From: Candidatus Giovannonibacteria bacterium RIFCSPHIGHO2_01_FULL_45_24
GTDB taxonomy: Bacteria; Patescibacteriota; Minisyncoccia; UBA11713; 2-01-FULL-45-33
Assembly: GCA_001778495.1 (NCBI GenBank)
Contig: MFHE01000014.1
Coordinates: 8,409-72,408 of the forward strand
Direction: 5' to 3'
Length of the DNA: 64,000 bases
This document shows, piece after piece, positions 28,389-37,763 of the stretch. The notes under the pieces were generated by a model, which did not search any database, was not told the DNA's origin, and saw only the letters and a list, made by a program, of their open reading frames with translations. A program made the translations under genes and the position numbers. The stretch's first letter is position 1. The number at the start of each line of letters is the position of its first letter.

Positions 28389-28556
28389 ATGGCCAACAAG
28401 AAAAACGGCGGGTTCGGCGATTCTGTAAGCGACGACGCACTGAACAATGGTATTGGCGCAGATGAAAAAGAGGCGGGTTCGGACAGCGAAAACGACGGCG
28501 CGGAAGAGCTGGAAAATCCGGATTCGTGGGAGTTAGAGGAAGACGTGGAAGAGTAA
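28389..28556 (+). CDS. Possible 55-aa highly acidic small protein
   Basis: Hand-translated: MANKKNGGFGDSVSDDALNNGIGADEKEAGSDSENDGAEELENPDSWELEEDVEE. Below the ORF-track cut-off. No family recognised. Confidence 0.3.
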   Translation: MANKKNGGFGDSVSDDALNNGIGADEKEAGSDSENDGAEELENPDSWELEEDVEE

Positions 28557-28557
28557 A

Positions 28558-29709
28558 TTACTTAACTTCCGCTTTTATAAATTTATATTTTCCTATTTTG
28601 ACAACGCCGTTCTCAACGGCTCCTCTTGCGCGCAGGACTCTGCGCCCGTTTAAATCAACCCCTCCTCCCGTGATAAGCCGCTTGGCTTCCGATTTTGATT
28701 TTACAAGTTTCTCTCTCGCCAAAAAATCAGCCCACTCCTCACCCGCCCGCGCGTAGAAAGTTTTTAAATTTGCTGGAGTTTCCTTCTCGGAAAAAGTTTT
28801 TTCAAAATAGTTTTTTGCTTTCTCGGCTTCTTTTTCGCCGTGATATAACTTAACAACCTCAAAAGCCAAGCGCTTTTTTGCATCTATCGGTTTCTGTTTT
28901 TTTATGTCATCAATTTCTGAAAGGGAAAGTTTTGTGTAAACCTTTAAATATGATTCTATCAAGCCATCTTGGATCGTCATTAGTTTTCCAAATTTGTCTT
29001 TAGGCGAATCAAGTATTGCAACAAAATTCCCTAACGATTTGGACATCTTCTCTTTACCATCCAGCCCCGGGGTAATTGAGGTTGTTATAATTGTCTGCGG
29101 CTTTTGTCCAAAAATTTCTTGGTAGCGCCTGCCTAAAAGTTCATTAAACAACTGGTCTGTCCCTATTATCGTTAAATCCGACTTAATCATCACGGAGTCG
29201 TAGGCCTGCAAAACAGGGTAAATAATTTCGTGTTCGTGGATTTCTTCGTTATTTTTGATTCTATTTTGAAACATGTCGCGCTCTATCAACTGCGCATGCG
29301 TAACTTTTTTTAAGAGCCCAAGGAATTCATCGGTTTTCATTTTGTCATACCACTCGGAATTTCTGCGCACCTCCAAAAGATTCGGCTTATTGATAAGAAT
29401 TTTCGCGGCCTGTTCTAAAAATCTCCTTGCATTCTTTGCTACAAGTTTCTTTGATATCTCCGGGCGAGTTTTATATCTTCCGGTCGGGTCGCCTATTTGA
29501 GTAGTAAAATCCCCTATTAGAAAAATGACTTTGTGGCCAAGCTCCTGAAATTCTCGCATTTTCCAGTAGTTCACTGCGTGGCCGAGGTGCAAAAGCGGAT
29601 TAGTAACATCTACGCCGTGTTTGATACGCAGCTGCTTTGCGGAACGAAGTTTTTTTTGCAATTCTCCTTCCGTAATAATTTGTTCAATGTTGCGTTTCAA
29701 AATTTCCAT
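28558..29709 (-). CDS. tyrS: Tyrosyl-tRNA synthetase with a C-terminal S4 domain
   Basis: HLGH (HIGH) and KMSKS motifs, GDFTTQIGDPTGR, and an S4-like SKSEAKRLITGGGVDLNG. Confidence 0.85.
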   Translation of the reverse strand: MEILKRNIEQIITEGELQKKLRSAKQLRIKHGVDVTNPLLHLGHAVNYWKMREFQELGHKVIFLIGDFTTQIGDPTGRYKTRPEISKKLVAKNARRFLEQAAKILINKPNLLEVRRNSEWYDKMKTDEFLGLLKKVTHAQLIERDMFQNRIKNNEEIHEHEIIYPVLQAYDSVMIKSDLTIIGTDQLFNELLGRRYQEIFGQKPQTIITTSITPGLDGKEKMSKSLGNFVAILDSPKDKFGKLMTIQDGLIESYLKVYTKLSLSEIDDIKKQKPIDAKKRLAFEVVKLYHGEKEAEKAKNYFEKTFSEKETPANLKTFYARAGEEWADFLAREKLVKSKSEAKRLITGGGVDLNGRRVLRARGAVENGVVKIGKYKFIKAEVK

Positions 29710-29761
29710 GATAATATTTCCACTCTACCATAACCGCAAAAAATCTTCTATAATAAGCCGC

Positions 29762-32218
29762 ATGAAACGTTTTTTGTTGAGATTGGCCGTATCCGGCGTC
29801 CTCTTAGCGGGCGCTCTGCTTTTTTTTGCCGCCTCGGTAAACCTGCCTGACCTAAATGGCTTTGAAGAGCGGCGAGTGGCGCAGTCCACCAAGATTTACG
29901 ACCGCACCGGAGAAGTTTTACTTTACGACGTGCACGGCGAAGAAAAACGCACCGTCATTCCTTTTTCGGAAATGCCAAGACACGCAAAAAACGCGACAAT
30001 CGCCATAGAAGACGATTCTTTTTACCAGCATTTCGGTTTCAGGCCGTTCGCGTTCCTCCGCGCGGTCTTTATAAACATACTGCGCGGCAGTTTTGAACAA
30101 GGGGGATCCACCATAACCCAGCAATTGGCGAAAACCACGCTACTCACGCCGGAGAAAACGATATTTAGAAAAATAAAAGAAATAATCATATCCTTCAAAA
30201 TTGAAGCGAAGTATTCCAAAGACGAAATACTCAATTTCTATCTCAACCAGATACCTTACGGCAACGGCGCGTACGGCGTAGAAGCCGCGGCGGAAACCTT
30301 CTTTGGGAAACACGCCAAAGACCTCACTATTAAAGAAGCGGCCTATCTCGCTTCATTGCCCAAGGCGCCGAGCTATTACTCCCCTTACGGCAAACATAGA
30401 GACGAGCTGGATTCGCGCGCCGCATTTGTCTTGGAACGGATGCGCAAACTCGGGTTCTTGTCGGAGGAAGAATATAACAAAGCGAAAAATGAAGCCGTCA
30501 AATTCTCTCCGGCGCGCACGCAGGGTATAATCGCGCCTCATTTTGTGATTGAAGTAAGGGAAGAATTGAATAAAAAATTCGGGGAGGACGCGGTTGAAAA
30601 AGCCGGATTTAAAGTCACAACTGCTCTGGACGCCGATTTGCAGTCAAAAGCGGAGGAGGTGATAAATAAATACGCCGAGGAAAACGAGAAAAATTTCAAC
30701 GCAAAAAATGAAAGCGCTGTGGTGATTGACCCAAAAACCGGCGACATTCTGGCCATGGTCGGCTCCAGAAATTATTTTGACATAGAGCGCGACGGAAATT
30801 TCAATGTAGCCACCGCTCACAGGCAGCCGGGATCGGCCCTGAAGCCCTTCATTTACGCAACGGCTTTTAAAAAAGGATTTGCGCCGGAGACAGCGCTTTT
30901 TGACCTGCCAACCGAGTTCAACCCCCTCTGCACCCCCGACGGCAAGCCGACGGCGGGGGTAGAGGAGGATAAGTGCTACCACCCGCAAAATTTTGACAAT
31001 AAATTCCGGGGTCCGGTGTCGCTCCGCGAAGCGCTGGCCCAATCGCTGAATGTCCCTTCCGTGAAAACGCTTTATCTCGCGGGGTTGGAAGAATCTTTAT
31101 CTACGGCGCGGGATTTCGGGATAACTTCCCTCAACGACCCTCAAAGATACGGCCTCACGCTTGTTTTGGGAGGAGGAGAGGTGTCCTTGTTGGAGCTGAC
31201 TTCCGCCTATTCGGTTTTTGCAAACGACGGGGTGAGAAACCCCCATAAATACATATTAAAAATAGAGGACGCGGAAGAAAAAATTATCTACGAAGCGGGC
31301 CCGGAGCCGCGGGAAGTCATTGAAAATAATATTGCCAGAGCCATAAACGATATTCTTTCCGACAACAAGGCGCGGGCGCCTTCTTTCGGAGAATTCTCCG
31401 CCCTCTACTTCCCGAATAAAAAAATCGCGGCGAAAACAGGAACCACAAATGATTACCGCGACGCCTGGGTCATAGGATACGCGCCTGACGTAGTCGTGGG
31501 CGCCTGGGCTGGAAATAACGACAACTCCCCCATGGAAAAAAAGGTTGCCGGATTTATAGTGGCTCCCTGGTGGCACGAAATTATGGAGTACGCCGCCAGC
31601 AAATTCCCGCCGTCGGAATTCGTATCTCCTGATCCGTTTCTCCAAAACGTATCCGACCCAAAGCCCTACGCGCGCGGCGAGTGGAGGGGGGGGAAAGAAT
31701 TCGTGATAGACAAAATTTCCTGCGGGCTCGCCACAGAGTATACGCCCAAAGAATTTTTAGAAAGAAAAGTGGTTCGGGAAATCCGCTCAATTCTTTATTG
31801 GACAAATGCCGGAAGCCCCCAGCTCAAAAATTGGGAAGACCCCATAAGAAAATGGGCGGCGGCCAGCGGTCTTGCCGACCAAGACGGCAGCGTCATCCCC
31901 AAAACATACGATTCCGTCCATGTCCCTCAAAATTTCCCGAGGATTTCCGAAGTTCAGCTGTCCCCGCAAAAAAGCGCGTATAGTAGAAGCGACTTGATTG
32001 TTTTGCGGCCCGCAACGGAAGGAAAATATCACATTGAACAAGCCGATTATTTTGCCGGCGATGAATATCTGGGGTCAATAAAGCGGCCTCCCTTTGAGTT
32101 TGTTTTAAATTTAAGCAAAATAAAAAGCGAGTCTAGTTTTATGTCCGTGAGGGTAAGAATTTATGACGCTGTCGGGAACACAGCCGAACAAACAATAAAT
32201 ATCGTTTTGAAGGACTGA
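29762..32218 (+). CDS. Bifunctional class A penicillin-binding protein (transglycosylase/transpeptidase)
   Basis: EDDSFYQHFG and GGSTITQQLAK (GT51). SALKPF, SLN and KTGTT (transpeptidase). I place the start at MKRFLLRL (29762). The track ORF start 29621 overlaps tyrS. Confidence 0.92.
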   Translation: MKRFLLRLAVSGVLLAGALLFFAASVNLPDLNGFEERRVAQSTKIYDRTGEVLLYDVHGEEKRTVIPFSEMPRHAKNATIAIEDDSFYQHFGFRPFAFLRAVFINILRGSFEQGGSTITQQLAKTTLLTPEKTIFRKIKEIIISFKIEAKYSKDEILNFYLNQIPYGNGAYGVEAAAETFFGKHAKDLTIKEAAYLASLPKAPSYYSPYGKHRDELDSRAAFVLERMRKLGFLSEEEYNKAKNEAVKFSPARTQGIIAPHFVIEVREELNKKFGEDAVEKAGFKVTTALDADLQSKAEEVINKYAEENEKNFNAKNESAVVIDPKTGDILAMVGSRNYFDIERDGNFNVATAHRQPGSALKPFIYATAFKKGFAPETALFDLPTEFNPLCTPDGKPTAGVEEDKCYHPQNFDNKFRGPVSLREALAQSLNVPSVKTLYLAGLEESLSTARDFGITSLNDPQRYGLTLVLGGGEVSLLELTSAYSVFANDGVRNPHKYILKIEDAEEKIIYEAGPEPREVIENNIARAINDILSDNKARAPSFGEFSALYFPNKKIAAKTGTTNDYRDAWVIGYAPDVVVGAWAGNNDNSPMEKKVAGFIVAPWWHEIMEYAASKFPPSEFVSPDPFLQNVSDPKPYARGEWRGGKEFVIDKISCGLATEYTPKEFLERKVVREIRSILYWTNAGSPQLKNWEDPIRKWAAASGLADQDGSVIPKTYDSVHVPQNFPRISEVQLSPQKSAYSRSDLIVLRPATEGKYHIEQADYFAGDEYLGSIKRPPFEFVLNLSKIKSESSFMSVRVRIYDAVGNTAEQTINIVLKD

Positions 32219-32226
32219 CCGAAGAA

Positions 32227-33330
32227 TTAAATTCCCCGCATCGGCATCACTAAATAAACGTAGGAGTTGTCTCCCTTGCCTTTTATAAGCATCGGCGACT
32301 GGTCGCCGTTTAAGTTAAACTCAATATATTCGCTGTTGATTTGGGGAATCCCGTCCGCAAGATACCTCCAATTAAATTTCGCGGTCACTTCCTCGCCCTG
32401 GACGCTGGCGCTGACAGACGCGGAATGCTCTCCGACCTCCGAATGGGCTGTGCTCATTAAAATAGCTTTCTTGGAAGGGCTGAAAAATAAGGTGATGTCA
32501 TTTAGTTTCCCCGCAAACACGCTGGCAAGTTTTATATTTGATAAAACATCGTTTTTCCTGGCCACGGCGATGGTTTTGAAGCTTTTCGGGATGATCTGCT
32601 CGTAGTCTGGAAATTTGCCGTCCGTGAGCCGGGAAATGAATTTATAATCCCCGCCAAGGATGATTATCTGGTTTTTATTTGCTCCCAATTTAACGTTTTC
32701 GTCGTTTTCCAAAAGCCGCAACATCTCTTGAACGCTGCGCTGAGGGACCAGAAAAGACGTCATTTTTTCCAGGCGTGTTTCTTTTGAAACTATATTTTTC
32801 TCCGCCAGGCGGAAGGAGTCGGTCGCCGCGATTTTTACGCTGTTTTTAAAGATATTAAAGCAGACGCTGGCAAGTTCGGGTTTTATGTCGGATATGCTGG
32901 CAGCCGTGACTACCGACGCTAAAGAAAATCTTAATTCCGGAGAAGACATTGAAATGCTTTCCGCTATGTCAACTTTAGGGAAGATTGGAAAATCTTCTGG
33001 CGGGTAACCCCTAATTATTGTTTCCATTGAGTCGGTTTTTATAAATAGATTGTTTTTTTGCACCTGAAGGATTATTTGCTCTTCCGGAATGTTGTTTAAA
33101 AATGAGTTTATTGTTTTTGCCGGAACAACCACGCTCCCGGCGTTATGTATTTTTCCGGATACGCTTATTTCTACAGCGGTTTCCAAATTCGTCGCTCTTA
33201 TTTTTATTGTGTCCTTTTCAGCGCCTATAAATATTGAATTTAATATCGGCAGGGTTTGATTTTTTGAAGTATTCCTTTCGGCAACAGAAACCGCTGATTT
33301 AAGATTCTTATTTAAACATTGTATTTTCAT
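32227..33330 (-). CDS. dnaN: DNA polymerase III beta sliding clamp
   Basis: 367 aa, immediately downstream of dnaA. The N-terminus and length are typical of the family. Confidence 0.9.
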   Translation of the reverse strand: MKIQCLNKNLKSAVSVAERNTSKNQTLPILNSIFIGAEKDTIKIRATNLETAVEISVSGKIHNAGSVVVPAKTINSFLNNIPEEQIILQVQKNNLFIKTDSMETIIRGYPPEDFPIFPKVDIAESISMSSPELRFSLASVVTAASISDIKPELASVCFNIFKNSVKIAATDSFRLAEKNIVSKETRLEKMTSFLVPQRSVQEMLRLLENDENVKLGANKNQIIILGGDYKFISRLTDGKFPDYEQIIPKSFKTIAVARKNDVLSNIKLASVFAGKLNDITLFFSPSKKAILMSTAHSEVGEHSASVSASVQGEEVTAKFNWRYLADGIPQINSEYIEFNLNGDQSPMLIKGKGDNSYVYLVMPMRGI

Positions 33331-33451
33331 AGATAAAATTTATTATATTTAATCGCCTTAATATGTGGATTGGAATTATTGTGGCTTTAATAAGCTGTGG
33401 GAAAAAAATGGATAAAATTTTGTGTTTTTTTCATCAACATTTTATTTTTTG
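33331..33451. promoter_or_regulatory. AT-rich dnaA-dnaN spacer with degenerate DnaA-box-like 9-mers (oriC candidate)
   Basis: ATGTGGATT, TTGTGGCTT, CTGTGGGAA and ATGGATAAA all fall within ~60 nt. The consensus is TGTGGATAA. Confidence 0.4.
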
Positions 33452-34816
33452 TTATTTTTGCTGGTTTTGATATTTTTCCCGTATTCTTTTAATTTCTTCT
33501 TCTAGTTTCGAGTCCTTTTTTGTTTCCTGGATTATTTTCTCGTAGGCGTGTATCGCGGTCGTGTGGTCCATCCCACCAAATTTCTGGCCGATGAAAGGAT
33601 AAGATCCTTTTAAATCCTCGCGTATAAGATACATCGCGACTTGGCGCGGGCGCACAATCTCTGTCTTTCGGGTATGCTCATATATAGATTTTTCCGGTAT
33701 GTCGTAAAATTCGGCCACGGTCTTGATTATTTGGCTGGGGGTCGCGGCATTTTTCGGCTTTATGTTCTTACTTAATATGCTTTTTACGTCGTCATTGCTC
33801 AAGACCCTGTTTTGATACTTTGATTGCATGTAAATTGTGTTTAGGGCGCCCTCCAGCTCCCTTATGTTTTTTTGTATAAGCATTGCTATAAGCTCCAGTG
33901 TTGTTTCGGGCAAGCCGATTTTCCGCTCGGCTGCCTTGGATTTTAAGATGGCCAGCCGGGATTCGTATTCCGGCTCGGATATATCTACAATCACTCCGGC
34001 TTCCATCCTGGAGAGCAATCTCTCGCCGATGTCGGGGATGGATTTCGGCGGCCTGTCGGAGGAGAAAACCACTTGCTTGCCAGCTTCATGGAGAGCGTTG
34101 AAAGTATAAAAAAATTCTTCCTGCGTTTTGGTTTTGTTGGAGAAAAATTGGACATCATCCACTACCAGCAAATCAAAGTCGCGGTATTTTTCTTTGAAGT
34201 TATGCACGGCGTTGTTTTGGATGGAACTGACAAGCTCGTTGCTGAATTTCTCCGACGAGATATAATAAATTTTCTTTGGCGGCCCGTTTTTTAAGATTGC
34301 GTTCCCGATTGCCTGCAGGAGGTGCGTTTTTCCCAGCCCGACGCCGCCGTAGATAAAGAGGGGGTTATAAACCCTGCCCGGGTTTTTAATGACCGCGAGC
34401 GCCGCCGCATGCGCGAGCTCGTTAAACGAGCCGACAATAAAAGTGTCCAGAGCGTACTTCGGGTTGAGATTTGTTTTCGGATCCACGTAAAAGTCTTTGA
34501 ATTCCAGCTGTTCCTCCGGCTGGGGGGCGAATTCTTTGCGCGGCTTGATTCTCGCCGCTTGCGGCGTTGACGACGCGGCTATTGAGTAATTTATCGCCCT
34601 TATCTCCGGCACGCGGGAGCGCAGGGATTTAAGGATAAATTTATGAAATTTGTTTTCCAGCCATTCTTTGGAGAAACCATTGGGCGCGCCGACAGTGACC
34701 ACCCCGTCCGCAAAATCTAAGATATGGGTGTCTTTAAACCACGTCACAAAATTTGCGCGCGACACGGCCAGTTCTATGTCGTTCAGTGCTTGCGACCAAA
34801 GCTCCTCGTTATTCAT
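33452..34816 (-). CDS. dnaA: Chromosomal replication initiator DnaA
   Basis: 454 aa. GGVGLGKTHLL, DDVQF, and a C-terminal DNA-binding segment with DHTTAIHA. Confidence 0.97.
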   Translation of the reverse strand: MNNEELWSQALNDIELAVSRANFVTWFKDTHILDFADGVVTVGAPNGFSKEWLENKFHKFILKSLRSRVPEIRAINYSIAASSTPQAARIKPRKEFAPQPEEQLEFKDFYVDPKTNLNPKYALDTFIVGSFNELAHAAALAVIKNPGRVYNPLFIYGGVGLGKTHLLQAIGNAILKNGPPKKIYYISSEKFSNELVSSIQNNAVHNFKEKYRDFDLLVVDDVQFFSNKTKTQEEFFYTFNALHEAGKQVVFSSDRPPKSIPDIGERLLSRMEAGVIVDISEPEYESRLAILKSKAAERKIGLPETTLELIAMLIQKNIRELEGALNTIYMQSKYQNRVLSNDDVKSILSKNIKPKNAATPSQIIKTVAEFYDIPEKSIYEHTRKTEIVRPRQVAMYLIREDLKGSYPFIGQKFGGMDHTTAIHAYEKIIQETKKDSKLEEEIKRIREKYQNQQK

Positions 34817-34928
34817 AGATTTATACTATAAAACTTTATTTAAACTTTGCATTGTAGAAAATGTTAATAGATTGTGGATATAATGTGAATATTGCAAAAA
34901 CAAGAAATTATTGTAGAATTAGCTGATT
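34817..34928. promoter_or_regulatory. AT-rich dnaA/rpmH divergent spacer with DnaA-box-like sites (oriC / dnaA promoter candidate)
   Basis: TGTGGATAT (34873-34881, 8/9 match to consensus) and TGTGAATAT (34884-34892, 7/9). Confidence 0.4.
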
Positions 34929-35063
34929 ATGTCTGTCACTTATCAGCCCAAAAAGAGGAAGAGAGCTCGCTCCCACGGTTTTTTAAAAAGAATGAGGTTA
35001 AAAACCGGACGGAATGTTCTTCGGCGCCGGAGGCGAAAGGGCAGGCGCCGCCTTGTTGTTTGA
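34929..35063 (+). CDS. rpmH: 50S ribosomal protein L34
   Basis: Hand-translated 44 aa, below the track cut-off: [44 protein letters not shown]. Ends on TGA. Confidence 0.93.
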   Translation: MSVTYQPKKRKRARSHGFLKRMRLKTGRNVLRRRRRKGRRRLVV

Positions 35064-35069
35064 ACAATC

Positions 35070-35414
35070 ATGCTTAAAAAATCAATGAGGATGAGCCGTA
35101 AAGACTTGGAAAGATTTTTTAAGCGAAAATCTTTCGGCGCACGCGGGAAAACGCTGTCCGCGCGGGTTTCGGAGAATCGCATCGGCGCGGCACGCTTTGC
35201 TTTTGTGGTTTCCGGCCCGAAGAATCGCGGGGCGGCTTTAAGGAATCTCGCTAAAAGGCGCATGAGCGCCGCGGCGGAGGAATTTTATAAAACCGCGAAG
35301 TCACGCCCCGCGCACCGGTCTGGCAGGGATATAGTTTTTTTTATGAAAATACCCGACAGGCGCGTTCCAGAATTTAAAATCATCAAAGAAGATGTAAAAC
35401 ATGTCCTTGCTTAA
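35070..35414 (+). CDS. rnpA: RNase P protein component
   Basis: 114 aa and basic. Its position after rpmH fits. Contains the RFAFVVSGP...AALRNLAKRRM pattern. Confidence 0.85.
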   Translation: MLKKSMRMSRKDLERFFKRKSFGARGKTLSARVSENRIGAARFAFVVSGPKNRGAALRNLAKRRMSAAAEEFYKTAKSRPAHRSGRDIVFFMKIPDRRVPEFKIIKEDVKHVLA

Positions 35415-36129
35415 AACGTTATTCCACGAGATTTTTTACCTGCCGCTCTTAAACGCGCTTGTGTTTTTGACGTCCATTCTGCCGGGGCACGATTTGGGAC
35501 TCGCCGTTATTTTGCTGACGGCGCTCATCAGGACGCTGATGTTTCCGATGACGCACAAAATGCTGCGTACCCAGAACGCGATGAAGCGCATAGAACCCGA
35601 GGTTAAAAAAATATACGAAGAGAAAAAAAATCGCGAGGAGCAGGCCAAAGCGCTTATGGAACTTTACAAAAAACACGGCATCAATCCCCTATCAGGTTTT
35701 TTCATGCTTTTGATACAGCTGCCCCTGCTTATAGCAATGTATAGGGTTTTTTGGCGCGGCATACCCTTCAACGCTTCAGAGATTTACAAGTTTTTGGACG
35801 CGTCCGGGCCGATAAACATGCTCTTTTTGGGCCTTATGCCGCTTACGGAGGCCAGCGTGGGCATGGCCGCTTTGGCAGCGATTTCGCAATTCTGGCAGGC
35901 AAAGTTGGCGATGCCCGCCTCGCCGGCAGACGGGCCCATAAAAAGCGATATGGGCCGCGCCATGCAGTGGCAGATGCTCTATGTATTCCCCATACTTATT
36001 TTTGTAATAAGCTTTAAGCTCCCGGCCGCCGTTTCCCTCTACTGGACGGCGATGAACGTTTTTGCTATAGTGCACGAAGCGGTTGTCCGCAGGAAGGCGA
36101 GACGGCCGGCTTCGTATGGAGGAAAATAA
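35401..36129 (+). CDS. yidC: Membrane protein insertase YidC (short form)
   Basis: 242 aa. LTALIRTLMFPMTHK, YKKHGINPLSG, LPLLIAMY, LYWTAMNVF. Confidence 0.9.
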   Translation: MSLLKTLFHEIFYLPLLNALVFLTSILPGHDLGLAVILLTALIRTLMFPMTHKMLRTQNAMKRIEPEVKKIYEEKKNREEQAKALMELYKKHGINPLSGFFMLLIQLPLLIAMYRVFWRGIPFNASEIYKFLDASGPINMLFLGLMPLTEASVGMAALAAISQFWQAKLAMPASPADGPIKSDMGRAMQWQMLYVFPILIFVISFKLPAAVSLYWTAMNVFAIVHEAVVRRKARRPASYGGK

Positions 36130-36589
36130 AAAAGAGCAAGTAGAATTCGTGGACGGGACAATCCGGGCTGTTTTGGAGAAGATGGGATTTTCCTTTTCTC
36201 TGGAATTTCAGGAGGGCGGCGAGGACAGCTGGTTTTTAATCAAAGCGCCGGAGGCGCCGCTTCTCATAGGAGACGGCGGGAAGCATCTCGCGGCGTTTAG
36301 TTTTTTGGTAAAACGGATTTTTGAGCAAAAGTTTCCGAAGAGCAAACCCCAGTTTTTATTAGACATAAACGATTACAATAAAAAGAGGATAGAAGAGATA
36401 AAAGATACGGCCCGGCTCCATGCCCAGCGCGTCCGTTATTTCAAAAAAGAAGTTGAGATGAAGCCGATGAACGCTTACGACAGAAGAATAGTGCATTCGG
36501 TTTTGCAGGAGTATCCCGACATCGCGACGGAATCAACCGGCCAGGGTCCGGATCGGAGAGTGGTGATTAAGCCGCTGGATTTAGCGTAA
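36116..36589 (+). CDS. jag: Jag/SpoIIIJ-associated RNA-binding protein (KH + R3H)
   Basis: R3H-type ending MNAYDRRIVHSVLQEYPDIATESTGQGPDRRVVIKP. I place the start at MEENKK (36116). Confidence 0.85.
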   Translation: MEENKKEQVEFVDGTIRAVLEKMGFSFSLEFQEGGEDSWFLIKAPEAPLLIGDGGKHLAAFSFLVKRIFEQKFPKSKPQFLLDINDYNKKRIEEIKDTARLHAQRVRYFKKEVEMKPMNAYDRRIVHSVLQEYPDIATESTGQGPDRRVVIKPLDLA

Positions 36590-36622
36590 TTTTTAAATAT
36601 TAATTGTAAAAAGAAATGGCGC

Positions 36623-36934
36623 TCATGGAGCGCCGAAGATGTATAGGTATAAATGGTAAGCATAGTAAGCGGAGAGCGCGGCGACAACAAAGGTGGCTAA
36701 TCCGACAATCGCGGCGTAATGATTGGCCACTGCTTCGGTAGCGTGCTCGATTTGCGTAAGTAGCCAAACAGCCGCACCCCAAACGCCGCTAAGAATTGCT
36801 CCGGCCGCCCAAGCGGTAAATCCGAGATACGCTTGGGCTCCGTGCCTCTGATTACCGAGCACCGCGCCAATAAGAGTGAAAAGCCCCAATCCGCTAACCC
36901 ATAAAACCAAAATTACAACGACCAAATCACCCAT
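36623..36934 (-). CDS. Small polytopic membrane protein (103 aa), hypothetical
   Basis: Three to four TM segments. It has its own strong promoter and an AAGGAG SD. Confidence 0.6.
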   Translation of the reverse strand: MGDLVVVILVLWVSGLGLFTLIGAVLGNQRHGAQAYLGFTAWAAGAILSGVWGAAVWLLTQIEHATEAVANHYAAIVGLATFVVAALSAYYAYHLYLYIFGAP

Positions 36935-36968
36935 CGCAACCTCCTTATCCTTTAGCTTATCTGGCTTA

Positions 36969-36996
36969 ATTATAGCTTCTACAAAATATTTGTCAA
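36969..36996 (-). promoter_or_regulatory. Consensus sigma-70 promoter (TTGACA-16 nt-TATAAT) on the minus strand
   Basis: Reverse complement of 36991-36996 is TTGACA, and of 36969-36974 is TATAAT. It drives 36623..36934. Confidence 0.7.
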
Positions 36997-37015
36997 GCCC
37001 TAGCTATTGTAGCTT

Positions 37016-37291
37016 TCAATGCTCGGTTTGGGATATTTCTATTTGCCGGATTTCGTTTTCTATAATTTTTTGCCACCCTTCTGGATTTTTGTTCGCCAGC
37101 GCAAGTTTTTTGGCTTTATAATTTTCGCTGATTGTTTTAATCCACTCTGGTTTTTCTGAAAACAGCTTAAGCATCGGTTCCAATTCTGCGTCGCTAACTT
37201 TGAAAATCGCAGTTAAAAGGTTATTTTGGTCTTCAAAGGACAATTCTGACTTTAATAGCAGCTCCGAAATTTTTTTAAAATTAGTTTCCAT
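37016..37291 (-). CDS. Hypothetical 91-aa helical protein (last gene of the T4SS-like block)
   Basis: Overlaps the upstream gene by 11 nt. No TM segment and no family recognised. Confidence 0.5.
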   Translation of the reverse strand: METNFKKISELLLKSELSFEDQNNLLTAIFKVSDAELEPMLKLFSEKPEWIKTISENYKAKKLALANKNPEGWQKIIENEIRQIEISQTEH

Positions 37292-37760
37292 AATGCGCCG
37301 TAAAAATTATCTCTAAAAGCGCCCTATGCAAGGCTTTATCTTTTATCACATCCGGATTTTGTAATGCTGTTGTGAGCGCATTTCTCATTTTTTCTTTATC
37401 TGCTTGGGAGCGCGCATAATTCTTCAGCACATCAGTAGCTCCTTGATACTTTTTAATCTCGTCCAACCTCGATGCGTTTTCTGGCAACTTATTTCCCATT
37501 ATTTTTTCCAGTATTTGATCCAATGAGGCGTCGCCGGTGATTGATTTTTCAACTTGTTCGGCTTTAATTTTGCTTTTCTCGTCGAATCTCTGCCCCTCCG
37601 TTTTACACGCCGCTACTGATACAAGCAAAAAGACACCGGTTGCTAGCGCGGTTATCCTGTTTTTATATTTTTCCAATCCCATAACCCGCTTTTCTTCGGC
37701 AACGAGTTGCTTGGGACTGAATTCTGCTTCGCTCTCCATGCTTAATGTTTCAAACTTCAT
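37281..37760 (-). CDS. Hypothetical membrane-anchored or lipoprotein-like protein (159 aa)
   Basis: Hydrophobic segment ending in VSVAAC, then a helical K/E-rich domain. Confidence 0.5.
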   Translation of the reverse strand: MKFETLSMESEAEFSPKQLVAEEKRVMGLEKYKNRITALATGVFLLVSVAACKTEGQRFDEKSKIKAEQVEKSITGDASLDQILEKIMGNKLPENASRLDEIKKYQGATDVLKNYARSQADKEKMRNALTTALQNPDVIKDKALHRALLEIIFTAHYGN

Positions 37761-37763
37761 GTT

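Noticed and set aside
29621-29761. Long N-terminal extensions in track ORFs. Examples are PBP1A from 29621, tsaE from 21308, ruvA from 12092, peroxiredoxin from 58344, the helicase from 53418 and 14043..14762.
   Set aside because: The extensions overlap neighbouring genes or promoters and lack family-typical sequence. Internal starts reproduce canonical N-termini.
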